This document shows, one piece after another, positions 1-8,309 of a DNA stretch of 64,000 nucleotides (its first letter is position 1; the number at the start of each line of letters is the position of its first letter). A program made the position numbers and the translations under genes. Below the pieces are notes generated by a model that saw only the letters and a program-made list of their open reading frames with translations, was not told the origin of the DNA and ran no database searches. Source of the DNA: a virus. The DNA lies in IMG/VR virus record IMGVR_UViG_3300047300_000657, positions 3,929 through 67,928 of that record. One strand, 5' to 3'.

Positions 1-31
1 TCATTAACATAAATTGGTATATGTATTGGCA

Positions 32-373
32 TTATCCATGCCAGTCATCGAATGAAATACCACATTTACCGCAAATACCTGCGTCTCTATTTGCTGGGGT
101 TACATAAGAATGATCACAGGTATTTTGATTAGCAGTAGGATATGTTCCCTGCTCTACCCCATGTGATGCATTGTTAATTGTGTATGGCGGGTATGTTCCA
201 ATAGTCCATTGTGTTGATGGGCTAGTTGTTGTAGTTGTATCTAGCTTAAACTGATAAAACTCTTTAGCAGTTTCATATCCTGCACGATATGCAGCATCTA
301 ATGCATCTTTAACTTGTTTAACTTGATCTTGTGTTAGACCCTCTGGGTTAAAAATAATAATTGGTGAATTCAT
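32..373 (-). CDS. hypothetical protein, C-terminal Cys/His motif
   Basis: 113-aa ORF with AGGAGG RBS; CDH...CGKC near the C-terminus. Confidence 0.7.
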   Translation of the reverse strand: MNSPIIIFNPEGLTQDQVKQVKDALDAAYRAGYETAKEFYQFKLDTTTTTSPSTQWTIGTYPPYTINNASHGVEQGTYPTANQNTCDHSYVTPANRDAGICGKCGISFDDWHG

Positions 374-423
374 TTTGCCTCCTAATAATTAAGTATACAA
401 TATTAGAGGCAGTTTGGCAATAG

Positions 424-1014
424 TTAAGGTTGTGGAAGAATTGCGTCGTCAAACTGTGGGAATAAAGGGTTGGCATCACCATTTATAAATGTTCTAATTT
501 TTTCAGCTAACAACATATCGTCTATATTTAACTCTAAATAACTATTCTTTTTGCCATCAAAGAATGTTCTAACTTTTGTCAGATGTCTATCGTAAATTAC
601 TCTTAGCTCTGCATCTGTTAAGTCTTGAATTTTTTTCTTACCCGTGGCAGCATAGATGTTGCAGTAGGCTTCCTCAAATATATAAGGATCGCCTTCGTGA
701 CCTCTAGCCTCTTGAATTCTTTTCATTGAGGTAACCCATTTATCTTGAGTTCTAGTTATATTGATAAATTTTGCATCTGGGTACTTAGCGTATAGCTCTT
801 CGAATATAAAACAATTTGGTATATCTAAATAAGCATCAGTTTTTGGAATACTTTCAAAGTGGTCTAGTATTCCTTTTAGGTCCTCGCTAAAAGTTCCAAG
901 TGGAATATTTGAAAAATCATAAAAATGGGTTACCGATAGCCCATGTCGTCTTAAATACTCAGCAAGAGACTGAGTTGCGTTTCTACCTAAACTAACACCA
1001 AATACTTTTGTCAT
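424..1014 (-). CDS. sulfotransferase-family P-loop protein
   Basis: N-terminal KVFGVSLGRNATQSL and YPDAKFINITR...W..S, typical of the Sulfotransfer_4-like family. Confidence 0.65.
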   Translation of the reverse strand: MTKVFGVSLGRNATQSLAEYLRRHGLSVTHFYDFSNIPLGTFSEDLKGILDHFESIPKTDAYLDIPNCFIFEELYAKYPDAKFINITRTQDKWVTSMKRIQEARGHEGDPYIFEEAYCNIYAATGKKKIQDLTDAELRVIYDRHLTKVRTFFDGKKNSYLELNIDDMLLAEKIRTFINGDANPLFPQFDDAILPQP

Positions 1015-1042
1015 AATACTTATTATTATACCAATCTATGCG

Positions 1043-1168
1043 TTATGAGGCTGATGGGAATACAAAATGATCTTCGCATACCTCTACAACCTCGTAATCT
1101 TTTTCTACAAGGTCTACTGACCCTCCATATAGGGCCTCTTTATCACAATAAAAACAAGGAGTAACCAT
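1043..1168 (-). CDS. 41-aa CxxC...CxxH micro zinc-finger protein (not in ORF track)
   Basis: hand translation MVTPCFYCDKEALYGGSVDLVEKDYEVVEVCEDHFVFPSAS; preceded by GGTATAAT. Confidence 0.6.
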   Translation of the reverse strand: MVTPCFYCDKEALYGGSVDLVEKDYEVVEVCEDHFVFPSAS

Positions 1169-1175
1169 AGCTATA

Positions 1176-1403
1176 TTATACCTCAAAATCTTCTGGACCG
1201 TTTTTTATTCTTTTCCACGCTCCCCACTCGTCAGGAGAATCCATGCCTATATATTCTTGTCCTGTTTCTAAATCTATTAATAACCATTTCCCTGGGGCTT
1301 TAGTATGTATGGTAAGATTAACAGCTTTATCATAAGACTCAACCTCAGCACCCTGATACATCTTAGGTAAAAATTTATAAACGTTATTTATTAATTTTCT
1401 CAT
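1176..1403 (-). CDS. hypothetical protein
   Basis: ORF track; start trimmed to a likely ATG. Confidence 0.6.
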   Translation of the reverse strand: MRKLINNVYKFLPKMYQGAEVESYDKAVNLTIHTKAPGKWLLIDLETGQEYIGMDSPDEWGAWKRIKNGPEDFEV

Positions 1404-1890
1404 TTTTTGTATATAAAAAATTATTTTGATCGTCAAAAACATTTATTCGATCAAAAACCCCTTCATTGTATTTTTCGGGACCATACTGAATGACCCCACT
1501 TTTTTCTTCAACTGTATAATAAAAATTATACATAGAAAAGCCGTCGCTATTAATATCGCTGTTTGAGTAAGGAGCTCTAAGATGGTCGATAATTAAATCT
1601 AAGTCTCCTACATAGCCATTTACTTGTGCATAAAAATGTATTTTATCTTTGTTTATTTTAACAATAATATCTGCATTTGTTAATTTCATTGAGATTAAAT
1701 CAATCTCAACAAGCGTTCCTAAATAATTATCATGAATTACATTATTATGTCCAAAATCGCACTCATGTCTTTTAGAATACTGAGACAATCCCAAAAGAAC
1801 ATTATGTATATAGGCGTTTGATATTCCTTCTGGTACGTCTCCATAAATGTTTATTATGGTTTTAATACCTTGCTTGTAATCGTGACTCAT
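1384..1890 (-). CDS. hypothetical protein
   Basis: ORF track; start trimmed to the ATG overlapping the upstream stop. Confidence 0.6.
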   Translation of the reverse strand: MSHDYKQGIKTIINIYGDVPEGISNAYIHNVLLGLSQYSKRHECDFGHNNVIHDNYLGTLVEIDLISMKLTNADIIVKINKDKIHFYAQVNGYVGDLDLIIDHLRAPYSNSDINSDGFSMYNFYYTVEEKSGVIQYGPEKYNEGVFDRINVFDDQNNFLYTKNEKINK

Positions 1891-2939
1891 ATTAAATCCA
1901 AACAGCTGTTGATGTCTCTCCACAGATCGTCTGGGTCTTCGCAACCTATTGATAATCTTATTAGTGTTTCTGGAACAATATGGCTCTCAAGTGGCCAGCG
2001 CCGTCTTCTTTCCCACAAAGATTCAACTCCGCCTAGACTTGTTGCGTTAGCTATTAGTCTTGAAGATGAGCAAATTTTTTCAGAATCTTCTGGAGTTCCA
2101 TATATGTCAAAAGAAATCATAGCACCAAAACCTGGGTAATATACTTCTTTAACTAAGCTATGATTCTTTAATTCTTTAACTATTTTTTTAGCTGTATCTT
2201 GAGCCTTATCAAACCTCATGGGAAAAGTTCTTATTCCTCTTAATGCAAGAAAAGCTTCAAATGGTTGCATTATAGTTCCGCCAATCTTTCTTTCAAACTC
2301 TATAAGGTCATAAAGCTCTGAATTATTGGTTGATACTGATCCGCCAAGAACATCAGTGTGCCCTGCAAAATACTTTGAGACAGAATTTATTGATATATCT
2401 GCACCTAAATCTAGTGGGACTTGGTTTATGGGCGTAGCAAATGTATTGTCTACTACGACAATAACATTATTTCTTTTTGCTGATTTAATTAGTCTTTCTA
2501 TGTCTGCTACCTGCAACATTGGGTTTGTTGGACTTTCTATCCATAACATCCAAGCCTCTTCTAAATTTCCTAAAACTTCTCCAGTGTTTGCTATATCAAC
2601 AAATACCGCATCAATCTTATCAGATTTATCTAGCTTGTTTAATGTTGCATTTACTCCAGCGTATCCCTGATTTGATGCTACTATTTTTGCACCGACAGGA
2701 GCTAGATTTAAAATTGCTTGTGTTGCTGACATGCCAGAACTAAATGCTAGTGTTCTTCCTTTTTCTAAAGAAGCTATTACTTCTTCTAACGAAGAGCATG
2801 TATCGTTACCATATCTGCCATACCCTATATCTCCGCCTGCGTGATATGATGAGTTTAATGATACGGGTGTATTAATCGGTCCATCATTGTTTTTTTCAGG
2901 ACGGCCTTTTGAAATTACTTTTGTATATATTGATGTCAT
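1887..2939 (-). CDS. metB: PLP-dependent trans-sulfuration enzyme (cystathionine gamma-synthase/lyase family)
   Basis: YGRYGN, FSSGMSA, ESPTNP, VVDNTF, SKYFAGH (PLP lysine), SLGGVES, RLSIGCED motifs. Confidence 0.85.
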   Translation of the reverse strand: MTSIYTKVISKGRPEKNNDGPINTPVSLNSSYHAGGDIGYGRYGNDTCSSLEEVIASLEKGRTLAFSSGMSATQAILNLAPVGAKIVASNQGYAGVNATLNKLDKSDKIDAVFVDIANTGEVLGNLEEAWMLWIESPTNPMLQVADIERLIKSAKRNNVIVVVDNTFATPINQVPLDLGADISINSVSKYFAGHTDVLGGSVSTNNSELYDLIEFERKIGGTIMQPFEAFLALRGIRTFPMRFDKAQDTAKKIVKELKNHSLVKEVYYPGFGAMISFDIYGTPEDSEKICSSSRLIANATSLGGVESLWERRRRWPLESHIVPETLIRLSIGCEDPDDLWRDINSCLDLI

Positions 2940-3577
2940 TTTATCATCTTTGAATGATCAAATATAAAAGATGGAAGTACATAGCGTACTGGACCCTTTG
3001 CTACTGTACGTACTCCATGCTCATATTCTTCTGTTGCTGGGAATATCATTGCTGCACCAGCTGGGGGGGTTATCTCTATTCCTTTGTGAGAAAAAAATAA
3101 TTCTCCTTTATTGTAATCATCATTTATATATGCGACACAAGCCCAAACATGTCTAACATCAGCCTTGTCATCATAATGAGCTTTTAATTCAGTTCCGTCG
3201 TACATTCTTTGTAACGTGCCAAAGCTTCTAAAATCAAATCCGCAGTCTGGTTCAAAAAATGAACCTACTCTACTTGCAAGTATTTGAACCAAACTTGTCT
3301 TGCCAGATAAAGATAAAACTTTATCATCCCAATTTTGTGTTACTTCAATGCCAGCTGCTTTAAAATCTCTTTTGCCCGTAAGCTCTTCTGCTCTATCTTC
3401 TAAATGCTTTGTGTAATGTTGATGTTGAGCCCAGTCTTCTGCTTGAGCATTATCAATTATGCTCCACATTTCAGATATTTCTTTTTCTGTTAAAAAGTTT
3501 TCTACCATGTAGATGTTTGGGTCTAGCTTAGTTACACTATACCCTTGTGACTCAATAAGATTTATGTTTACGCTCAT
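2936..3577 (-). CDS. 2OG-Fe(II) oxygenase (prolyl-4-hydroxylase-like)
   Basis: HYD...YINDDY.GGE-like...HGV...R facial-triad pattern. Confidence 0.85.
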   Translation of the reverse strand: MSVNINLIESQGYSVTKLDPNIYMVENFLTEKEISEMWSIIDNAQAEDWAQHQHYTKHLEDRAEELTGKRDFKAAGIEVTQNWDDKVLSLSGKTSLVQILASRVGSFFEPDCGFDFRSFGTLQRMYDGTELKAHYDDKADVRHVWACVAYINDDYNKGELFFSHKGIEITPPAGAAMIFPATEEYEHGVRTVAKGPVRYVLPSFIFDHSKMIK

Positions 3578-3609
3578 TATATTCTTTCTAATTATAGTTG
3601 AAGGACGCT

Positions 3610-3693
3610 CTAAAAAGAATCTAGGACCTCATCGATCCTGTCATCCAAATTAGGATAATGCTCTTTAGAGCAATCCCCACAACTTTTACACAC
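3610..3693 (-). CDS. 27-aa MCxxCGxC micropeptide (not in ORF track)
   Basis: GTG start overlaps upstream TAG; MCKSCGDCSKEHYPNLDDRIDEVLDSF. Confidence 0.55.
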   Translation of the reverse strand: MCKSCGDCSKEHYPNLDDRIDEVLDSF

Positions 3694-3887
3694 TATACTT
3701 TTTTTCTGCCAGTTTTCTTTGGCGGACGTGGAGCATTTGAAGTTTCTCTACGAATACCATGTTTGTTGGTATCAATTTTTATTCCAGATCTAAATCCATT
3801 TTGTTTTGGATTTTTTCTAGTTGCTTCACGACTTGTTACTGCGCCTGATGGTTGGCTTGGCAATGGTGCTGGTGTTCCGTCTGACAT
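3693..3887 (-). CDS. small basic hypothetical protein
   Basis: 64-aa ORF, start/stop overlaps on both sides. Confidence 0.7.
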   Translation of the reverse strand: MSDGTPAPLPSQPSGAVTSREATRKNPKQNGFRSGIKIDTNKHGIRRETSNAPRPPKKTGRKKV

Positions 3888-4033
3888 TAGTCTGGATCTA
3901 CCATTCCTTCCGCTGCCTCATGAGCTGCAGACTCTTCTGCTCTCTCATTCATACCATTAGAAACATCCATCATGTTAATTGATGACATCCCCATCTGGCT
4001 TCCAACGCTTTCGCAACCGCATTCAACGCACAT
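3887..4033 (-). CDS. 48-aa MCxxCGC micropeptide (not in ORF track)
   Basis: MCVECGCESVGSQMGMSSINMMDVSNGMNERAEESAAHEAAEGMVDPD; TAATG coupling to the next gene. Confidence 0.7.
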   Translation of the reverse strand: MCVECGCESVGSQMGMSSINMMDVSNGMNERAEESAAHEAAEGMVDPD

Positions 4034-4035
4034 AA

Positions 4036-4197
4036 TTACTTACCGCCGTTGCCTACGCCTGAACCATCTTGTGATGATTTATCTGCAGCAGGAAATGCTG
4101 ACTTTGGAGCCTCAGTGTAATTTTCTGTAGCCCATGGTGATGATCCTGCTGGCTTTGCAGCTTCAAATCCTCCACCGTTTATACCGTTTGTTGTCAT
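4036..4197 (-). CDS. 53-aa Gly/Ala/Ser-rich peptide (not in ORF track)
   Basis: MTTNGINGGGFEAAKPAGSSPWATENYTEAPKSAFPAADKSSQDGSGVGNGGK; AGGAG RBS and upstream GATATAAT. Confidence 0.75.
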   Translation of the reverse strand: MTTNGINGGGFEAAKPAGSSPWATENYTEAPKSAFPAADKSSQDGSGVGNGGK

Positions 4198-4243
4198 TTT
4201 TTTCTCCTATAGGTTTATATTATAAGCGGATCTAGAATACCGC

Positions 4244-4348
4244 TCACTCATCAATTATATCATTTAGTTGATTAGAATCTGGCAAAGGCTCTTCTCTTGA
4301 CTCGTTTCCAGGTCCGATATGGTCAGCACAACCGCATATCCAGCACAT
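4244..4348 (-). CDS. 34-aa MCxxCGC micropeptide (not in ORF track)
   Basis: MCWICGCADHIGPGNESREEPLPDSNQLNDIIDE; ATG overlaps the radical SAM stop (TAATG). Confidence 0.65.
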   Translation of the reverse strand: MCWICGCADHIGPGNESREEPLPDSNQLNDIIDE

Positions 4349-5337
4349 TATTCTCCCCAAATTGCAGCTGAGCATTTTGTACACATATTAGAATATGCTT
4401 CTTTGATGGCTTCCTGCCTCTTTTGTCCATTCCAAATTTCTTTTAATGTTTCTTTATTTGTATTACCAAACACGGTTTCAAAATCAAAATCAGCACAACA
4501 TATAAATAAATCTCCGTTTGGATTAACATGAATCCAATTTTCTGTTCTGCTTCTATAGCCTATACCGCCATTGCAGCCTATGACCCTGCTGCCCTTTGTT
4601 TTTAAATATTTATTAATAGCATTTGTTTGGCTAATAATGCCTACGTCTTCTAAATGTCCTGCCCTATCATATAAATTATTTGCAGTCCAAGTCTTTAAGC
4701 CTGGGAATAATTTTTTAATTCTTTCATCTTCTTGCACCAAAGATCCAGTTTTATCATCCATGTCCATTTTGGGAGCATTTTCTAAAAGATCTAACCACCC
4801 TCCATTTTTTGTTAAAGAAGATTCGTTAACACCATTTATCATTAATACAATTTTTTCTGACTCTACAAAATCATTTAGTTGTTCCATTGCATAGGAAACA
4901 TTAGACACCATCTTATCAAACAGCTTCGGATTCATTTTAACATACTTTGCCCATGTATCCTTATCACCTGATGGAATGTTTAACAATATTCCATGTATAA
5001 CATCTTTATTCTTTACCATGATATCAACTTTAGATTTTGTTAAAGCTACGCCATTTGTTAGAATGTTTATTCTAAAATTATATTTTTTATATACATCAAA
5101 CATTTTTTCAAAATTCTTATATAAAAGAACTTCGTTATAGTTTGCTGTATATATTAAGAATAAATTAGGATCAACAAAGTCTCCTTTGCCCTCATGCAAC
5201 TGTTTTAAAATGTTATCTAGTTCGTCCAGGGGCATCTCTCTTCTGGCTGATTCTGGATTACCCTCATATGAAACTGGACAAAACCAACAGCCAGCATTGC
5301 ACAAGCCGTTGACATCTATCTGAACGCCTTTAATCAT
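4348..5337 (-). CDS. radical SAM protein with C-terminal SPASM/twitch domain
   Basis: CNAGCWFC (CxxxCxxC); C-terminal GC...NGDLFICC...FGN...EIW...CTKC. Confidence 0.9.
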   Translation of the reverse strand: MIKGVQIDVNGLCNAGCWFCPVSYEGNPESARREMPLDELDNILKQLHEGKGDFVDPNLFLIYTANYNEVLLYKNFEKMFDVYKKYNFRINILTNGVALTKSKVDIMVKNKDVIHGILLNIPSGDKDTWAKYVKMNPKLFDKMVSNVSYAMEQLNDFVESEKIVLMINGVNESSLTKNGGWLDLLENAPKMDMDDKTGSLVQEDERIKKLFPGLKTWTANNLYDRAGHLEDVGIISQTNAINKYLKTKGSRVIGCNGGIGYRSRTENWIHVNPNGDLFICCADFDFETVFGNTNKETLKEIWNGQKRQEAIKEAYSNMCTKCSAAIWGE

Positions 5338-5451
5338 TTATGCCCTACATTTATTATACCAACAATGATCGCATACAAATTTTTGATCTGTTGTTGAAAT
5401 CTTTGTTGCAATATTTTTGCAACCCTCTATCTCACAATTACTTTTTGACAT
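5338..5451 (-). CDS. 37-aa Cys-rich micro-protein (not in ORF track)
   Basis: MSKSNCEIEGCKNIATKISTTDQKFVCDHCWYNKCRA, abutting the radical SAM start. Confidence 0.55.
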   Translation of the reverse strand: MSKSNCEIEGCKNIATKISTTDQKFVCDHCWYNKCRA

Positions 5452-5551
5452 TAATTTTCTTTCTTAATGTCCACACTGGTATTGATGTTGGTGTATCTTG
5501 CAACTCATACCCAAGCATTTTTGAAATAAACTTTAGCAGTTTTATTCTCAT
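5438..5551 (-). CDS. 37-aa hypothetical peptide (not in ORF track)
   Basis: MRIKLLKFISKMLGYELQDTPTSIPVWTLRKKINVKK; fills the gap with overlaps. Confidence 0.45.
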   Translation of the reverse strand: MRIKLLKFISKMLGYELQDTPTSIPVWTLRKKINVKK

Positions 5552-5769
5552 TTAATCTTAGAGCCAAACTTATTCCAGGCTCTTTCATGTAAAAAGAAAC
5601 CAAACATTTCACATAAGGTGTATATAATTGCAAATGATCCAGCGTACTCCCAATGAGCTTCGCCAGTAATTGCTTTTTCAAAAAAATAAACTAATGTTCC
5701 AACAAACAATATATGTACTGCTGGCCAAGTGATCGACTTGTATATGCTTTTTTTGCTGCTATCTGTCAT
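5548..5769 (-). CDS. DUF2061-like small membrane protein
   Basis: KSITW...two TM segments...HERAW motif. Confidence 0.75.
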   Translation of the reverse strand: MTDSSKKSIYKSITWPAVHILFVGTLVYFFEKAITGEAHWEYAGSFAIIYTLCEMFGFFLHERAWNKFGSKIK

Positions 5770-5915
5770 TCTGACTCCTCAATTTTTCTTGCTACAAACC
5801 TAAGAACTTCCCTAGGTCTCCACTCAGGTGGCAATTCTAAATCTTTAAATGAATCTATTATTCTTTTTTTATAAGCTTCTTTATAAAGCTCAAAAGCTTT
5901 AAAATCTTCTTCCAT
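5766..5915 (-). CDS. 49-aa hypothetical protein (not in ORF track)
   Basis: MEEDFKAFELYKEAYKKRIIDSFKDLELPPEWRPREVLRFVARKIEESE; leaderless TAGAAT promoter; ATGA overlap. Confidence 0.6.
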   Translation of the reverse strand: MEEDFKAFELYKEAYKKRIIDSFKDLELPPEWRPREVLRFVARKIEESE

Positions 5916-5940
5916 AACCTAATTCTATCATTTATATAAT

Positions 5941-5972
5941 AAAGGGGCAAGACCTAAGTCCTGCCCCTTTAT
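5941..5972 (-). terminator. intrinsic terminator after the surface-protein gene
   Basis: AAAGGGGCA...TGCCCCTTT hairpin with T-tract. Confidence 0.75.
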
Positions 5973-5981
5973 TTAACTTAA

Positions 5982-7058
5982 TTACTTAAGTGTGGCTACC
6001 TTAGCCTTTGGATTGGCCTTGTTCCACTTTGCAGCAAGTGCATTAAATGCCTTCTTTACTGCAGCAAGAGCAGCAGCATTATCAGCGTTTGCCTTAGCGA
6101 TAGCAGCATTAGCAGTTGCGAGATCAGCAATAGCCTTAGCGGTTTCCGCCTTTGACTTTGCTAGTTCTGCATCAGCAAGAGCCTTTGCATCAGCAAGAGC
6201 CTTTGCGCCTGCAGCCTTCTCAGCAGCAAGTTGTGCTACAACGGTAGCAAGTTCTGCATTCTTAACAGAAAGTTCTGATGCAAGATCACGAACTGTAGCA
6301 GTCTTAACAACAACACCAAGTGGTGCTGAAAGACCAGTTACTGCAGTAGCAACTGTAGCAGTTGCAATAATGGTAACTGTACCAGATGCAGGAAGTGTTA
6401 CATCCTGTGTCTTTGTACCCAAAGTTGCTGTAGCTGTGTCAGTTGTTAATGAGTATGTTGTTGAAGCAGTTGGTGTAACGTACTGAAGGCTAATTGATGC
6501 TCCGCCCTTAGCGTTTCCAAATACGTCATAACCAAGTACCTTGATTGTTGAAACAGTTCCAGCAGCCCCTGATGTTGGAGCATCTAGAGCAATTGTATTA
6601 AGTGCTCCTGCTGTACCATTAAAATAGTAAACTGTTGTATTACCAGCAACCGTTACAGAAACTGTTCCTGCAGCAGTCGAAGTTGTAAATACATATAGAT
6701 CAGCAGTGGTACCTGTACCTGTGCTGATTGATGCTGATGTTGAACCAGCTGATGCTGTTACTGGTGCTGCAACTGTTGCAAGAGCAGTAACAATCTTACC
6801 GTTAGTTACGGAAGCAGTTACAACTGTTCCTGTATCTAAACCTGTAAGGGCAATCTTAAGAGCATCTGCAGAATCTACAGAGTTATCTGCAGGAACTGGA
6901 AGTGCAATTGCAGTTGCTGCTGTTGTACCAGCAGTTGCAGGTGCTGAACCGCCAACCGTGAGGGTTGTTGATACTGCAGCACTTGCAGGTGTTGCAACAA
7001 GTGAACTCAAGGTAATGGCTGCAACCACACCAAGAGCGATTTTCTTAAATGACTTCAT
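5982..7058 (-). CDS. secreted Ala/Thr-rich cell-surface (S-layer-like) protein
   Basis: signal peptide MKSFKKIALGVVAA...ASA; beta-rich A/T/V body; C-terminal Ala/Lys coiled coil. Confidence 0.7.
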   Translation of the reverse strand: MKSFKKIALGVVAAITLSSLVATPASAAVSTTLTVGGSAPATAGTTAATAIALPVPADNSVDSADALKIALTGLDTGTVVTASVTNGKIVTALATVAAPVTASAGSTSASISTGTGTTADLYVFTTSTAAGTVSVTVAGNTTVYYFNGTAGALNTIALDAPTSGAAGTVSTIKVLGYDVFGNAKGGASISLQYVTPTASTTYSLTTDTATATLGTKTQDVTLPASGTVTIIATATVATAVTGLSAPLGVVVKTATVRDLASELSVKNAELATVVAQLAAEKAAGAKALADAKALADAELAKSKAETAKAIADLATANAAIAKANADNAAALAAVKKAFNALAAKWNKANPKAKVATLK

Positions 7059-7105
7059 TTAATTTATTTCTCCTTAATAATCTGCCTCATTTTGAGCGCA
7101 GAATT

Positions 7106-7276
7106 CTAATCTAGTTCCCAAACACGTATCTGAAAACTGCATGGATCTCCGCCTTGATTCCATTCATATTCTTCTTCATCGGTCATTGGCGGACCTTCAT
7201 GAGTATTACAAAATACATCTGAGATCCAACCTTTGTCGAATCCATATTTCATCCACTCATTAAAATTTAAATCCAT
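7106..7276 (-). CDS. 56-aa hypothetical protein (not in ORF track)
   Basis: MDLNFNEWMKYGFDKGWISDVFCNTHEGPPMTDEEEYEWNQGGDPCSFQIRVWELD. Confidence 0.65.
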   Translation of the reverse strand: MDLNFNEWMKYGFDKGWISDVFCNTHEGPPMTDEEEYEWNQGGDPCSFQIRVWELD

Positions 7277-7572
7277 GGCTTAAGCTCCTCTAAAAGCTTA
7301 TGCTTTGGCATAGCACCAATCACTGTATGAACTGGTTGACCATTAGTAAATAGTACCATAGTTGGTATAGATTGTACAGAGTATTCGGCAGTTTTCACAG
7401 TATTCTCATCAACATTTAACTTACCGACGAGTACGGTTCCCTCTGAATCTATTTCTTGAAGGATGGGGAGCATGATTTTGCATGGCCCACACCATTCAGC
7501 CCAAAAATCAACCAAAATATTTCCATCAAAGTTTATCACTTGGTCAAAATTTTCATCATTCAGCGTTAGCAT
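7267..7572 (-). CDS. trxA: thioredoxin
   Basis: VDFWAEWCGPCK active site and SIPT motif; start trimmed to MLTLND. Confidence 0.95.
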   Translation of the reverse strand: MLTLNDENFDQVINFDGNILVDFWAEWCGPCKIMLPILQEIDSEGTVLVGKLNVDENTVKTAEYSVQSIPTMVLFTNGQPVHTVIGAMPKHKLLEELKPWI

Positions 7573-8053
7573 ATTTATCCTTATGTGTAGGCCAGTAGTA
7601 CTGGCATCGTTCGCAGCAAGGCTTGTTGTTTGGATCATTTACAGATGATGCAAATTCTGCATAATATACTGGATCCTTGCGATACAAGTTTGCTTTGTGT
7701 GTTGCGTTAACACGTTTAATTGTTGTTGGGTTAATTGCCCAACGTGGGGTTTCATCTCCCCACATAAGTGATTTGCGGTCACGAGATAGTGACTCTAAGT
7801 TTGCTTTATTCTTATCTGTTTTGATGCCACGCATGTCTGCTAATACAACTGCAGTCATAGCATAACGATAAAGTTCTGCTTCTGCACCTTCCCACATTAG
7901 GACAGCTGGGTGGTTGCGCCAAGCATTTGACTTAGAGTTACCAGTTAGGATGTTAAGTATCTGATAACATTCTAATATTTGTTTGTTGAGACGCTTGCTA
8001 TCTAATGCGTCAAGACTATTACGTTTAGCTGGAAAGGGTAGAAATGTTTGCAT
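7556..8053 (-). CDS. pyrimidine-dimer DNA glycosylase / endonuclease V-like (actinobacterial MQTFLP family)
   Basis: MQTFLP...LD.KRL.KQ..E...HPAV.MW.G...H..NL.RKDP..Y...YYWP. Confidence 0.85.
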   Translation of the reverse strand: MQTFLPFPAKRNSLDALDSKRLNKQILECYQILNILTGNSKSNAWRNHPAVLMWEGAEAELYRYAMTAVVLADMRGIKTDKNKANLESLSRDRKSLMWGDETPRWAINPTTIKRVNATHKANLYRKDPVYYAEFASSVNDPNNKPCCERCQYYWPTHKDKYANAE

Positions 8054-8084
8054 GTGCTTATCCTATCAAATAATGATGAGCAGG

Positions 8085-8309
8085 TCAAGCCTGCTCATCA
8101 TTATTTCCTTTAAGTTCTTCTGCAGCATCATTAAAACGCTTCATAAAATTTTGAATAATGAACACAGTTGTTTCATGTGCATTTTTTGACATTGCGCTAA
8201 ATGCTTGCTGATTTCTTTCAGCTTCTGGAAGAGCAGCGGACCACTTGTTGTATAGGTCTGTTGCTACTTCAACAATTATTGCTTCTAGAACTGTTTGCTG
8301 ATTATCCAT
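8085..8309 (-). CDS. hypothetical protein
   Basis: 74-aa ORF overlapping the upstream stop. Confidence 0.65.
   Translation of the reverse strand: MDNQQTVLEAIIVEVATDLYNKWSAALPEAERNQQAFSAMSKNAHETTVFIIQNFMKRFNDAAEELKGNNDEQA

Noticed and set aside
3600-3680. Three-way-junction RNA / hammerhead-like fold
   Set aside because: No CUGANGA/GAAA core, and the same bases encode the MCKSCGDC peptide. A dual role is not excluded but is unsupported.
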